From positions 167,154 to 231,153 of the forward strand of contig CAYGBC010000050.1 in NCBI GenBank assembly GCA_964348015.1: 64,000 nucleotides of DNA, read 5' to 3'. Made by a program: the position numbers and the translations under genes. The stretch comes from an uncultured Eubacteriales bacterium. Its GTDB lineage: Bacteria; Acidobacteriota; Aminicenantia; Aminicenantales; Aminicenantaceae. Position 1 is the first letter of the stretch, and the number at the start of each line of letters is the position of its first letter. The notes under the pieces were generated by a model. The model was not told where the DNA came from and searched no databases. It worked only from the letters and a program-made list of their open reading frames with translations. Positions 9,437-18,460 of the stretch are shown here, piece by piece.

Positions 9437-11437
9437 TCAGGTCTTAAGTCTGGATCTCAAATACACGGAGAGAAAAATTACAGCAAAAACGAGGACGATC
9501 ACGACAGATATTATAATGATGAATATCGTAGTTTCAGTAAAGGCGATTCCTGGAGAAACGACAGGCAGAGAGATCGAGGACGCATGCTTTCTGTTCTGGT
9601 ATATTGTGACCTGAGGCGGTGGGTCCAGTTCGGGTGTTTGAAAATTACTCTGGTCCGCGCCGGCGATTGTCACGCGGATCCGGTGGCCGGCATCGAAGAT
9701 GTTGGACGTCGGAAGAAGGTCAAAAACCAGCCGCACAGGCGTTTCCGCGGGAAGGGGAGCGACATCCTCCCTGAAGCTCCTGTGAAACGGAAGTCCCATG
9801 TATTGGAAGGATGGGTTTGAGACTTTGCGGTGAGAAGCTCTGAGTACTCCCTCCGTGATATAATGGGAATATCCCGCTTCGTCAATCTCTTCGAGATAGG
9901 CAAAGAAATCGCCGTCCTCGGCAGTCGAAGACACCCAGAGCGTGACAACCGGATGGCCTGTCACTTCTGTGTCTTGTTCCAATGGAGGCGTTGTGTATGT
10001 CAGGGCTTTCCTGTCGTTGGGAGTCATATCCGGATACTGAAAATCAACTCCAATGCCGTTGTACCATCTCGTTGAATGTCCTGTTGTCGTGGTGTAGTCG
10101 ACGGCATACTCGACCTTTCCGGACTCGCTGGCAGGAGTCTCAGTGCCGAGAATCCCGTCATTCGAGGAGCCGATACTTCCGGATGGGCCATCGTGGAAGT
10201 AGAAAAGAGTGGGTTTGGCCTCAGGAAGAGGCCATTTTTTGGCCGTTCTCCAGGCTTCACCTTCAGGAGCTCCGATAGTGAAATAAGTGATGGGCGGCTC
10301 GTCCATGATCCCGTTATCGATACCCTTGAGCCAGTAATCGTACCATCTCAACCGCTCCGCTTTTATGTCGAATTTCACATCGAATCCGGTCAGAGGACGC
10401 ACAGTCTCTCTCCAGCCGTCACCGGGACTATGACACCAGGGAGTGATGATGATCTTCTGGGGATTTTCAATGTTGTTGAACCAGGTCAGCATATCCCGAG
10501 GCCAGAGGTCGAACCATCCCGCGACATGGTAGACGGCCACATCGGACTCGTTGATTCCTGTTAAAGAGTGGTGAGGGCTCCAGAAGAGATAGGGCATGAC
10601 TTGAAGCTCTTCTAAGGAGCTGTTCCGAAAAGGAAGGACGACAGCGATATCTGCCGCATATCTGTTTCCCCTGTGTGCCTGTCTTGCTTCCTCCAGCATT
10701 TTTTGCTGAGTGTCATCATCTACAGCCGGAACAGGGATATCATTGTCCAGCTGATTGACAAAATCGCTCCAGGCCAGGATAAAATCATCCTGGAATACGC
10801 CACCAGGATAGGCGAAGGAAAAAAGGTCGAACATCGCCACAGAGGGCATAATGGCTTTAAGATGAGGTGGAGCCGTCCCCGCCGCAGTGTACTGAGTGAT
10901 CCCTAAATACGAGCCTCCGTACATGCCGATATTTCCGTCACACCAGGGCTGGGCCGCGAACCATTCGGTTATGTCGTATGCGTCCTGGGCTTCTGCTGGA
11001 GTGAACGGCCCTAAGCGTGTCCCGTAGGAAGCTCCTCCGCCTCTGACATCGACGGAGGCCACGATATACCCGTGCTTGAGCATAGTCTGAAGCCACTCGT
11101 TCATATCCACTATGGTGACGAGTTTCCCGTCCTCTGTGAATCTAGCTCTGTGATAGCGGTTATGAGTCCAAATCAGCGGCAGTGGTTCTTTCACTGGCTT
11201 TCCTCCCTGGCTCGGACGGAAGACGTCCACCGCCAGTTTGGTCCCGTCTCGCACAGGGACATACTGGGAGATTCGGATCCATTCTTCGTAGACGGGTTGA
11301 GAATAGCCCTTATACACTCCAGGCAGTGAGACCCTCTCTTCTCCTGCATTAGCTTCCTTCAATAAAAGAAATGCAAAAGAGAGGAAAAGGAAAAACACAA
11401 AGAGTTTAGCCATTGTTCCTGTTGATTTTTTCTTCAT
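9437..11437 (-). CDS. CocE/NonD family hydrolase (S15 Xaa-Pro dipeptidyl-peptidase-like) with an N-terminal signal peptide and a C-terminal transmembrane anchor
   Basis: 666 aa. Shows VASVDVRGGGASYG and YGGSYLGITQ (GxSxG nucleophile) typical of CocE/NonD. The C-terminal 30 aa TTIFIIIISVVIVLVFAVIFLSVYLRSRLKT form a hydrophobic helix followed by basic residues. Confidence 0.8.
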   Translation of the reverse strand: MKKKSTGTMAKLFVFFLFLSFAFLLLKEANAGEERVSLPGVYKGYSQPVYEEWIRISQYVPVRDGTKLAVDVFRPSQGGKPVKEPLPLIWTHNRYHRARFTEDGKLVTIVDMNEWLQTMLKHGYIVASVDVRGGGASYGTRLGPFTPAEAQDAYDITEWFAAQPWCDGNIGMYGGSYLGITQYTAAGTAPPHLKAIMPSVAMFDLFSFAYPGGVFQDDFILAWSDFVNQLDNDIPVPAVDDDTQQKMLEEARQAHRGNRYAADIAVVLPFRNSSLEELQVMPYLFWSPHHSLTGINESDVAVYHVAGWFDLWPRDMLTWFNNIENPQKIIITPWCHSPGDGWRETVRPLTGFDVKFDIKAERLRWYDYWLKGIDNGIMDEPPITYFTIGAPEGEAWRTAKKWPLPEAKPTLFYFHDGPSGSIGSSNDGILGTETPASESGKVEYAVDYTTTTGHSTRWYNGIGVDFQYPDMTPNDRKALTYTTPPLEQDTEVTGHPVVTLWVSSTAEDGDFFAYLEEIDEAGYSHYITEGVLRASHRKVSNPSFQYMGLPFHRSFREDVAPLPAETPVRLVFDLLPTSNIFDAGHRIRVTIAGADQSNFQTPELDPPPQVTIYQNRKHASSISLPVVSPGIAFTETTIFIIIISVVIVLVFAVIFLSVYLRSRLKT

Positions 11438-11562
11438 TCAGCCGCTCTCCTTTAAACTGGTATTTCAGTCATTATGCAAACGAGATGAATGCATGCGCGT
11501 TGTCACCTCTGTCTCAAATATCATCAATACAAAGGAATAAATATTCGTTAATTTAAAAAATT

Positions 11563-12534
11563 TTATTTCATATACCTGTAGAGCGCCATCTGGCTGGAAT
11601 AGAGCAGACATCTGATCCAGATGACGGAAAATATAAACAACTGCTGGATGAAAAAGACAGCGAGAACCAAAGGGAAATTGGGCTGGGGAATAATCTCTAT
11701 GAGCATGATATAGGCGACGGTTACTATCGTTTGAATCAACAGGATCAGGTAGAAAAGCCCGAATGTGGAAAACGGATGTTTAAAGACGAATCCCAATGCT
11801 TCCAGTGTGGACTTGAAAATATTTCGCCTCTCTTCGAGGACGATTTTGATGCGGGCATAGTCAAAAACCATCTGGACGAAGAGGAGGAAACCAAAGGTTA
11901 AAATGCTGAGAGCAAGCCTGAGAATAAAGGGGGTCACTTCAGAAATGGATTCGGATGCGATGTCATTAATGAGGGCGTAGATGTTGCCCAGGAAAAAAGT
12001 GCCGATGGCCACGATGATTCCCCAGGAGAGGAGCATGAGGCCGAGAAACCGCAAAAAATGATTTCCGGCTCCCTGAGTAAATTCTTTCAGAGTGAATCTT
12101 GGTATATCCCGGCTAAAAGTCGAAAGGATTCCTCCGGCCAAGAATACACGGAATATGAGATAGAAGAGGCCGAAGGCTATGAGGAGAGGCGGAATAGAAA
12201 AAAATCTCATCTGGATGAGGCTTTCCAGATTATTGAGGACCGCTCCTTTCCCGATGATCGAAGGGGAGAATGTGGTCTCCAGGCCTTTAGCGTCATCTCT
12301 GAATTCTTGCCACCAGATATAGTCAAAGCCTTCGGCCATCCTGGAGCCTGCTTCGCTCTGGCCGAGTGATCCTTTGAGAGAATTGTACATCGGGACGGCG
12401 AGAAGCAAGGAAAAGAAAAGGTTGATTATGTACAGAAAGAGTACCATTTTTGTGGCTTTTCCCGTGGCGATGAATCCTCTTCCCAAATTCCAGTATATTT
12501 TCATCTTCGACCTCCGTTTCCGTTTAGCCGCCAA
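11563..12534 (-). CDS. Polytopic membrane protein of unknown function
   Basis: 323 aa with about 6-7 hydrophobic helices. Its start at 12534 overlaps the upstream M1 peptidase stop at 12524; an alternative start is 12504. It is probably co-transcribed with the M1 peptidase. Confidence 0.5.
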   Translation of the reverse strand: MAAKRKRRSKMKIYWNLGRGFIATGKATKMVLFLYIINLFFSLLLAVPMYNSLKGSLGQSEAGSRMAEGFDYIWWQEFRDDAKGLETTFSPSIIGKGAVLNNLESLIQMRFFSIPPLLIAFGLFYLIFRVFLAGGILSTFSRDIPRFTLKEFTQGAGNHFLRFLGLMLLSWGIIVAIGTFFLGNIYALINDIASESISEVTPFILRLALSILTFGFLLFVQMVFDYARIKIVLEERRNIFKSTLEALGFVFKHPFSTFGLFYLILLIQTIVTVAYIMLIEIIPQPNFPLVLAVFFIQQLFIFSVIWIRCLLYSSQMALYRYMK

Positions 12535-14557
12535 TCATCGTAAAGAATTCTAGGGCGTGCTGGAGCCAGGCCATCCAGTGAGAGATCCACTTGAAGGGAG
12601 CCAGTTTATCAGGTTTTCTCATCATGCTGTTGTTGGTGCGGTTGATATCCAGGACATACTTAAACTCCGGGTCCACTACGGCCTTTTTTATCCTCGAAGA
12701 TTTCAGGTATGTAAATCTTTCCCATCTGTACTGGCCGTTCCATGTTTCTTTGATTTCTTCTCCGTCTTCAAACACGACGAGAACATCCACAGGGAGTTTC
12801 ACTTCTCCCAAGCGGCGCACGATGACTTCCGAGTTGTAGCGTTCTTCTTTGATTCGTCGGTTTACGTACTCTCCATCAAACCATCCTTGCGGCTGTTTGA
12901 CTCTCTGGCTGGAGATTTTTCCTATCGCATAGTCGAGCTTTCCCGATCCGTATACAAATTGATCCAGAAACCAGCTCATTTCCCTGCCGGCGAACTCAGA
13001 AACGACTGCAAAGAAATCATCCGGACGAGGATGCTTGAACCAGTAGCGCTGTGAATACGTTTTAATCATTTCCGCAAATAGATCTTGCCCCATGAATCTT
13101 TTCAGGGTTCGCAGCATGAGAGAGGCCTTCGAGTAGGAATTGGCGCCGTAGCTTCCTCCTTCCAGGAATTCCCACGCGAAGCGCTGCATATCGTCCATGT
13201 CTGAGGTCTGGCGGTGGCGTGAGATTCCATCGGATTCGATCGGGATTCTGATGTTCTTGAACGTGACAGGAATCCCAAAAAAGGTTCGGTTGTAGACAGG
13301 CTCCCCATAGGCCGCGTAATAGACTTCCGTATCCAGAAAGGATGTGAATCCCTCATCCATCCAGGCATTCTCAAACTCGTTGGTGCCGACGAGGCCGTAG
13401 AAATAACCATGCCCGAACTCATGGATGGTCACTCCCTCAGGGCGTGGGATTCCTTTCCATGTGATGAAGTACGCGCCTCCGGTGAACAGCGTCGGATATT
13501 CCATCCCCCCTGAACGGCTGTTGTAGGCCGGGTCAACACATGTGGCTGTTGTGTAAGGATAATCACCGTAGAAGAGGCTGCAGTATTTGATAGCGTTTTT
13601 CACGGCATTCATGTAGCGGTTCTTGAGCCATTTATGCTGGGGTTGAAGAAGCAGTGTGATCTCAGTCGTCTTTCCCGGAGCAAACTCGTAATTTTCTCGA
13701 GTTTCGAGGAATCGAGGGCTGGCTGTCCAGGTAAAATCATGCACACTGTGTTGGTGAAAGCGATGAGTTGTGGTCCCATCATTATGCTCTGTTTTTTCCC
13801 TGTGCTCCCCAGTGGCGCCGATAACAAAAGAGGAGGGGAGGGTGATGCGGACATCGTAGGTTCCGTAATCGGCATAATACTCGCTCGCGGAATGGTACTG
13901 GTGGCAGTTCCATCGACCGTTCTCAAAAACGCCGATCTTCGGAAACCATTGTGCGATGAAATAATAATCCCTGTATACTCCGGTTCGAGAAATGGGACGG
14001 GGGATTTTGGATTCGAACTCGATCCTTAGCTGGATTGTCTGACCGGGCCTGACAGCACGCGGAAGTGAGACTGAAAAAACAGTCTGGTCGAAAAGATTCC
14101 CGTTGTCCGGATGCCGAAACTCCATGAACGGCATCAGGTCGGATTCTTCGAATAAAGAGTTGGCCATGATCTTGATCGTCTCCACCCGGCAGTGTCCCCA
14201 GTCTTCATCCTTGAAACCAGAGATTCTTCGGCCTCTCCTTTCGGCCTCTGTGAGAAAAGTGCTCATGTTGTTCTGGAAGGCATTCCAGTAAAGATGGAAC
14301 CAGAGTTCGTTCGTCGGTGAGGATGTGTCGTTCGTCCAGGTGAGGATTTCTGTGGCCTTTATTGTTTTATTTTCTGTATCCAGCCTCACGTCCATCGTGT
14401 AATTGGCAATCTGTTTGCAGAAGGTTTCTTGAGAGAATACCATGGGTGGAGAAAAAATGAGGATTATCAATATACATGATAAGAGATATGTCTTAAACAA
14501 AATGTCCTCCTTTTGGCATGATTTTTCCATATTATTAAAGATGTCTTTTTTTCGCAA
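12524..14557 (-). CDS. M1 family metallopeptidase (aminopeptidase N-like gluzincin), secreted
   Basis: 677 aa. HEFGHGYFYGLVGTNEFENAWMDEGF fits the HExxH-x18-E zinc site. A signal peptide lies at residues about 22-42; the start may instead be the internal Met at 14530. Confidence 0.85.
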   Translation of the reverse strand: MRKKDIFNNMEKSCQKEDILFKTYLLSCILIILIFSPPMVFSQETFCKQIANYTMDVRLDTENKTIKATEILTWTNDTSSPTNELWFHLYWNAFQNNMSTFLTEAERRGRRISGFKDEDWGHCRVETIKIMANSLFEESDLMPFMEFRHPDNGNLFDQTVFSVSLPRAVRPGQTIQLRIEFESKIPRPISRTGVYRDYYFIAQWFPKIGVFENGRWNCHQYHSASEYYADYGTYDVRITLPSSFVIGATGEHREKTEHNDGTTTHRFHQHSVHDFTWTASPRFLETRENYEFAPGKTTEITLLLQPQHKWLKNRYMNAVKNAIKYCSLFYGDYPYTTATCVDPAYNSRSGGMEYPTLFTGGAYFITWKGIPRPEGVTIHEFGHGYFYGLVGTNEFENAWMDEGFTSFLDTEVYYAAYGEPVYNRTFFGIPVTFKNIRIPIESDGISRHRQTSDMDDMQRFAWEFLEGGSYGANSYSKASLMLRTLKRFMGQDLFAEMIKTYSQRYWFKHPRPDDFFAVVSEFAGREMSWFLDQFVYGSGKLDYAIGKISSQRVKQPQGWFDGEYVNRRIKEERYNSEVIVRRLGEVKLPVDVLVVFEDGEEIKETWNGQYRWERFTYLKSSRIKKAVVDPEFKYVLDINRTNNSMMRKPDKLAPFKWISHWMAWLQHALEFFTMIGG

Positions 14558-14717
14558 TACATATTCGGAAAATTAATCCTAAAATATCGGTCTCATCTCT
14601 AAATCCTAGGGTCCATTTTGCATGTCCGGCTTTTTTTAATAGAGAAACCATGATAAAGTTAATTTCTAGAAAAATGGGATTGTGTTTTGATTCCTCAAGA
14701 TAAAGAGGAGGTTGAAA

Positions 14718-16775
14718 ATGAAGAGGATGAGAACAGTCTTTAGCCTTATGATCATCGCGATTCTGGTTTCCTCAACAGCAATGGCAGAGAATTCTCTTGC
14801 CTCAAAAAAGCTTGTGCAGGCCTTGGTCGATGAAGTCTCCGGAGAAATCGCTTTCAAGTACACTGTCCTGATTTCCCATTTTGACCGCATTCAAGCTTCA
14901 GAAGGCTGGCGTGATTCCGCTCTTTGGATCAAAGCAGAACTGGAGAAGATCGGGTACACAGATGTGGTCCTTGAAGGATGGCCTTCAAACGGCTCCACGC
15001 GTTATTACACGTATACCGCTCCTATCGGCTGGAAGGCTCGCCATGCCGAATTGTGGATGATCTCGCCACGAAGAGAAAGACTGTGCTCTTTCGAGGAGAT
15101 ACCTCTGACACTCGTCAAGCACAGCAATTCGGCCGATGTCGAGGCAGAGCTGATCGATGTGGGGACAGGAGTCGGGGAGGAGTCCTATCAGGGCAAAAAC
15201 GTGAGGGGAAAGATCGTTCTGGCCACAGCCTACACAGGAACGGTCATGAGGGAGGCTGTAATCAAGAGAGGCGCATTGGGTGTGGTCACATGGTATCCAC
15301 CTGAAGTGAGGCCCGGTTACCCTAACATGATTCGTTATACAGCCATCTGGCCACGCTGGGAAGAGCGGGAGAAGATTGGATTTGGTTTCAATGTCAGTAA
15401 GAATCAGGGCTGGCGGCTGAAAAAAATGCTGGATGAAGGAAAGACAGTTGTCCTCAAGGCAGATGTCGATGCGAAGTACTATGAATCTCAGGTGGAAGTG
15501 CTTTCCGCGGCATTCCAAGGAACCACAGATCCGGAAAAGGAAGTGATGATTATCGGTCACCTCTGCCATCCACTGCCGAGTGCCAACGACAATGCCAGCG
15601 GAAGCGGAGGAATGTTGGAAATGGCCCGGGCGTTGAAAAAAATGGTGGACAAGGGACTGATCGATCCTCCAAAAAGAACTATCCGTTTTCTCTGGGTCCC
15701 AGAATTTGCGGGAACAGTCCCGTACATCAAGGCCCATCTGGAAAGGACTCGAAACACGCTGGCTGTGATCAACTGCGATATGATCGGAGAAGATCTTCAT
15801 CTTACAGGCGGAACGTTTAACGTCACCTGCACGCCTGATTCGGTCCCCAGCTATCTCAATGATGTTGTCGTCAACTTCACAAAGCTTGCCGAGAGGCTTC
15901 GGCTGAGAAGCATCAACGGGAGCAATCATCCCTTTGCGTATAGAGTCCGTCCGTTTGGAGGTGGGAGCGACCATTACATCTTCAACGACGGAGCTTTGAG
16001 GGTGCCCTCAGTGATGTTCGGACATGGAGACACTTTTCACCACACAACCCTGGACACGCCGGATAAGGTGGATTCATCAGAACTTCGCCGGGTGTGTTTT
16101 ATCGCCCTCGGCTCAACGTATTACATGGCAAGTGCTTCCAACAGGAAGGCCGAGGATATGGCTCGGTTGATTACAAGAAATGGTATATCCCGGATGTCAG
16201 AGGATTATTACGATGCTCTTTCTCAAATGTTCGAAGCCGATAAGGCTGGCGAACTTCACGAGAACTATAAGCAGATCCTGAATGTAGTCGAACATTCTCA
16301 TCAAAGAGAAACTCAGTCTATTCGCTCAACAAGTGTTTTTATCAAAGATGCACGAATGAAGAAGAGGATTGAACAATACGCGCAGAGCTTGAATCTTTTA
16401 AACGACAGCTTTAAAAAAGATGTGCACAGATATTATTCACAGAGATGTGGAGAGTTCGGGCTCGAACCGAAGCCGATAACATTGACCGCAGAAGAAAAAA
16501 GATTGAGGAAGATTACCCCGCTGCGTGCAGAGGATTTTGTCTGTCCTCTTCAGTCTGATTATGTCGAGGAAATGCTCGGCAAGGGAACTCTGGAACAAGT
16601 GAAACTCCGTGGATACACAGCTTACGAGGCGATCAATTTTGCTGACGGGAACAGGAGCATTTATGATATTGCACGGGCCGTGTCAGCAGAGTTTGGTCCC
16701 GTGGATATGAAAAAAATCGAAGATTTTTTTAAAATACTTGAAAAAGCCGGATTATTTAAGTTAAAGACCATGTGA
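14718..16775 (+). CDS. M28 family peptidase with a PA domain, secreted
   Basis: A GAGGAGG RBS sits 7 nt upstream of ATG 14718. Signal peptide MKRMRTVFSLMIIAILVSSTAMA. The M28 metal-binding region is IIGHLCHPLPSANDNASGSGGMLEMARAL. Confidence 0.8.
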   Translation: MKRMRTVFSLMIIAILVSSTAMAENSLASKKLVQALVDEVSGEIAFKYTVLISHFDRIQASEGWRDSALWIKAELEKIGYTDVVLEGWPSNGSTRYYTYTAPIGWKARHAELWMISPRRERLCSFEEIPLTLVKHSNSADVEAELIDVGTGVGEESYQGKNVRGKIVLATAYTGTVMREAVIKRGALGVVTWYPPEVRPGYPNMIRYTAIWPRWEEREKIGFGFNVSKNQGWRLKKMLDEGKTVVLKADVDAKYYESQVEVLSAAFQGTTDPEKEVMIIGHLCHPLPSANDNASGSGGMLEMARALKKMVDKGLIDPPKRTIRFLWVPEFAGTVPYIKAHLERTRNTLAVINCDMIGEDLHLTGGTFNVTCTPDSVPSYLNDVVVNFTKLAERLRLRSINGSNHPFAYRVRPFGGGSDHYIFNDGALRVPSVMFGHGDTFHHTTLDTPDKVDSSELRRVCFIALGSTYYMASASNRKAEDMARLITRNGISRMSEDYYDALSQMFEADKAGELHENYKQILNVVEHSHQRETQSIRSTSVFIKDARMKKRIEQYAQSLNLLNDSFKKDVHRYYSQRCGEFGLEPKPITLTAEEKRLRKITPLRAEDFVCPLQSDYVEEMLGKGTLEQVKLRGYTAYEAINFADGNRSIYDIARAVSAEFGPVDMKKIEDFFKILEKAGLFKLKTM

Positions 16776-16785
16776 GCGGAAAGTA

Positions 16786-17367
16786 ATGGACAAGTCCACA
16801 AAAAGGAAAGAGGGAACGAGAAATTTTTTTCAGGAGCTGGTCAGAAGCCGGAGGAGCATTCGGCGTTATCTGGATAAGCCTGTAGAGAGAGAAAAGATCC
16901 TGACTTGTATCGAAGCCGCTCGGCTGGCGCCCTCTGCGGATAATGTCCAACCCTGGAGATTTCTGATCATTGATGACCCAAAATTAAAAGCGCAGTATGC
17001 CAAAAAGGTCTTTTCAGGGATTTATTCTATTTCCAGTTTCGCAGAAAAAGCTCCGGTTTTGATTCTGATTCTGGCCAGGCTGGACATTATCGCCAACAGG
17101 ATCGGGAGACAGATCCAGAACATTCAGTTTTATCTACTCGACATCGGAATCGCGGGAGAACATATCGTTCTTCAGGCTCAAGCGCTCGGTCTGGGGACCT
17201 GCTGGATTGGCTGGTTCAACATCCGGAAAGCAAGAAAATTCCTGAAGATTCCCCGCAAATACAAGATCGTATCGATGCTGGCGATGGGCTATTCCGAGAA
17301 GAGACCCTCAAGAGAGAAAAAAAGGAAAAAAATCGAGGATATAGCCTGGTTCAACACCATAAAATAG
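16786..17367 (+). CDS. Nitroreductase family protein
   Basis: RSIRRY..., ARLAPSADNVQPWRFLII and GTCWIG are typical of NfsB/Frp-type nitroreductases. Confidence 0.8.
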   Translation: MDKSTKRKEGTRNFFQELVRSRRSIRRYLDKPVEREKILTCIEAARLAPSADNVQPWRFLIIDDPKLKAQYAKKVFSGIYSISSFAEKAPVLILILARLDIIANRIGRQIQNIQFYLLDIGIAGEHIVLQAQALGLGTCWIGWFNIRKARKFLKIPRKYKIVSMLAMGYSEKRPSREKKRKKIEDIAWFNTIK

Positions 17368-17374
17368 ATTGCAA

Positions 17375-18202
17375 TTAAATTTCTACCCTGAAGAGGCCTT
17401 TGAAAGAAAATCCGAAGATTATGGAGAGGGCAAAATAAACGATGATCCAGTGGATCCGCCACCCGGAAAGATTCATATGTTTGGAGGGATAGTTGATCTC
17501 CACTGAACTTACAGGCAGGTTTTCTGATATCGGGGGCTCTCCAGGATTAAACAACCCCGCGAAGAAGTTGCGGTGAATCTTTATCGGAGAGATTTTGCTG
17601 AGCGGTTTCAGGGCGACAGCGACTTTTTTCACGAATTCCTCTCCGTTGAGAATGAGTTTTAAATCGTGTATCCCTGCTTCTTTGGCCCGGAGTCGCCAGT
17701 TCACTTCGCTGCTCTCCTCGATCCTGAGTGGAGGAGTCTCGACTTCCAGCCCTGAGTTTGTTTTGATCATGATCTTTGCATCAAGGAGGCTCAGGTCCTT
17801 TTTTAGCTTAACCTTCAGGACAGCTTCCTGGCCGGATGCCAAAGACTGGTAACCGAACCACAGGTTCAACTGGATCAGAATCAGGACAAGAGGAATGATC
17901 ATCACCAAAAGAGGTTTTGCAGAGTATCCGATGTATTTCAGGTTGTAGCGCAGGATCTGACCTTGAGCCTTTAAAGATACAGTCAGATTGTCTTTGAACA
18001 GGCGGATTTCGAGAAGATGGGCTTTGATATTGTTTTTCACCTTCCGGATTCCTTCCTGATTGGATGTGAAACGAAACACAAAGAGCATCAAAAGAGCTGT
18101 CAGGAATGATACGAGAATCATCCCTATCCAGGGGCTCATGTTCCTGAAGGGGAAGAACAGAACTTCAAAGATCTTCCCGAAGAGAAAGTTGAACACCCAC
18201 AT
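17375..18202 (-). CDS. Membrane protein of unknown function (3-4 TM helices plus a soluble domain)
   Basis: 275 aa with hydrophobic N-terminal helices and a C-terminal TM. It lies 66 nt downstream of the ribbon-helix-helix (RHH) gene on the same strand. Confidence 0.45.
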   Translation of the reverse strand: MWVFNFLFGKIFEVLFFPFRNMSPWIGMILVSFLTALLMLFVFRFTSNQEGIRKVKNNIKAHLLEIRLFKDNLTVSLKAQGQILRYNLKYIGYSAKPLLVMIIPLVLILIQLNLWFGYQSLASGQEAVLKVKLKKDLSLLDAKIMIKTNSGLEVETPPLRIEESSEVNWRLRAKEAGIHDLKLILNGEEFVKKVAVALKPLSKISPIKIHRNFFAGLFNPGEPPISENLPVSSVEINYPSKHMNLSGWRIHWIIVYFALSIIFGFSFKGLFRVEI

Positions 18203-18268
18203 CCTATTTGTTGTCCTTATGTATCATGTGAATTTCAGGCCTTCAATGATATCTATGTATTGATGACT

Positions 18269-18460
18269 CTACGAGATGTAACCGAGTCCTTTAAGCTTTT
18301 TTTTGATCTCCTCTTCGGAATCGGATTCATCGAGCTTGGCGATTTCCTTCTCCAGACAGTGAGCGATGAACTCTTCGGGCGATGAATAGCCGGACATTTT
18401 GGCGTATTTTTTCACTTTGTCCATCAAATTTTTATCCAGTTTTATTTTAGCTTTTCCCAT
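18269..18460 (-). CDS. Small ribbon-helix-helix (CopG/Arc-like) protein, 63 aa
   Basis: KIKLDKNLMDKVKKYAKMSGYSSPEEFIAHCLEKEIAKL fits a beta-strand, helix, helix RHH pattern, followed by an acidic tail. It overlaps the stop of the upstream NPP gene by 14 nt. Confidence 0.4.
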   Translation of the reverse strand: MGKAKIKLDKNLMDKVKKYAKMSGYSSPEEFIAHCLEKEIAKLDESDSEEEIKKKLKGLGYIS

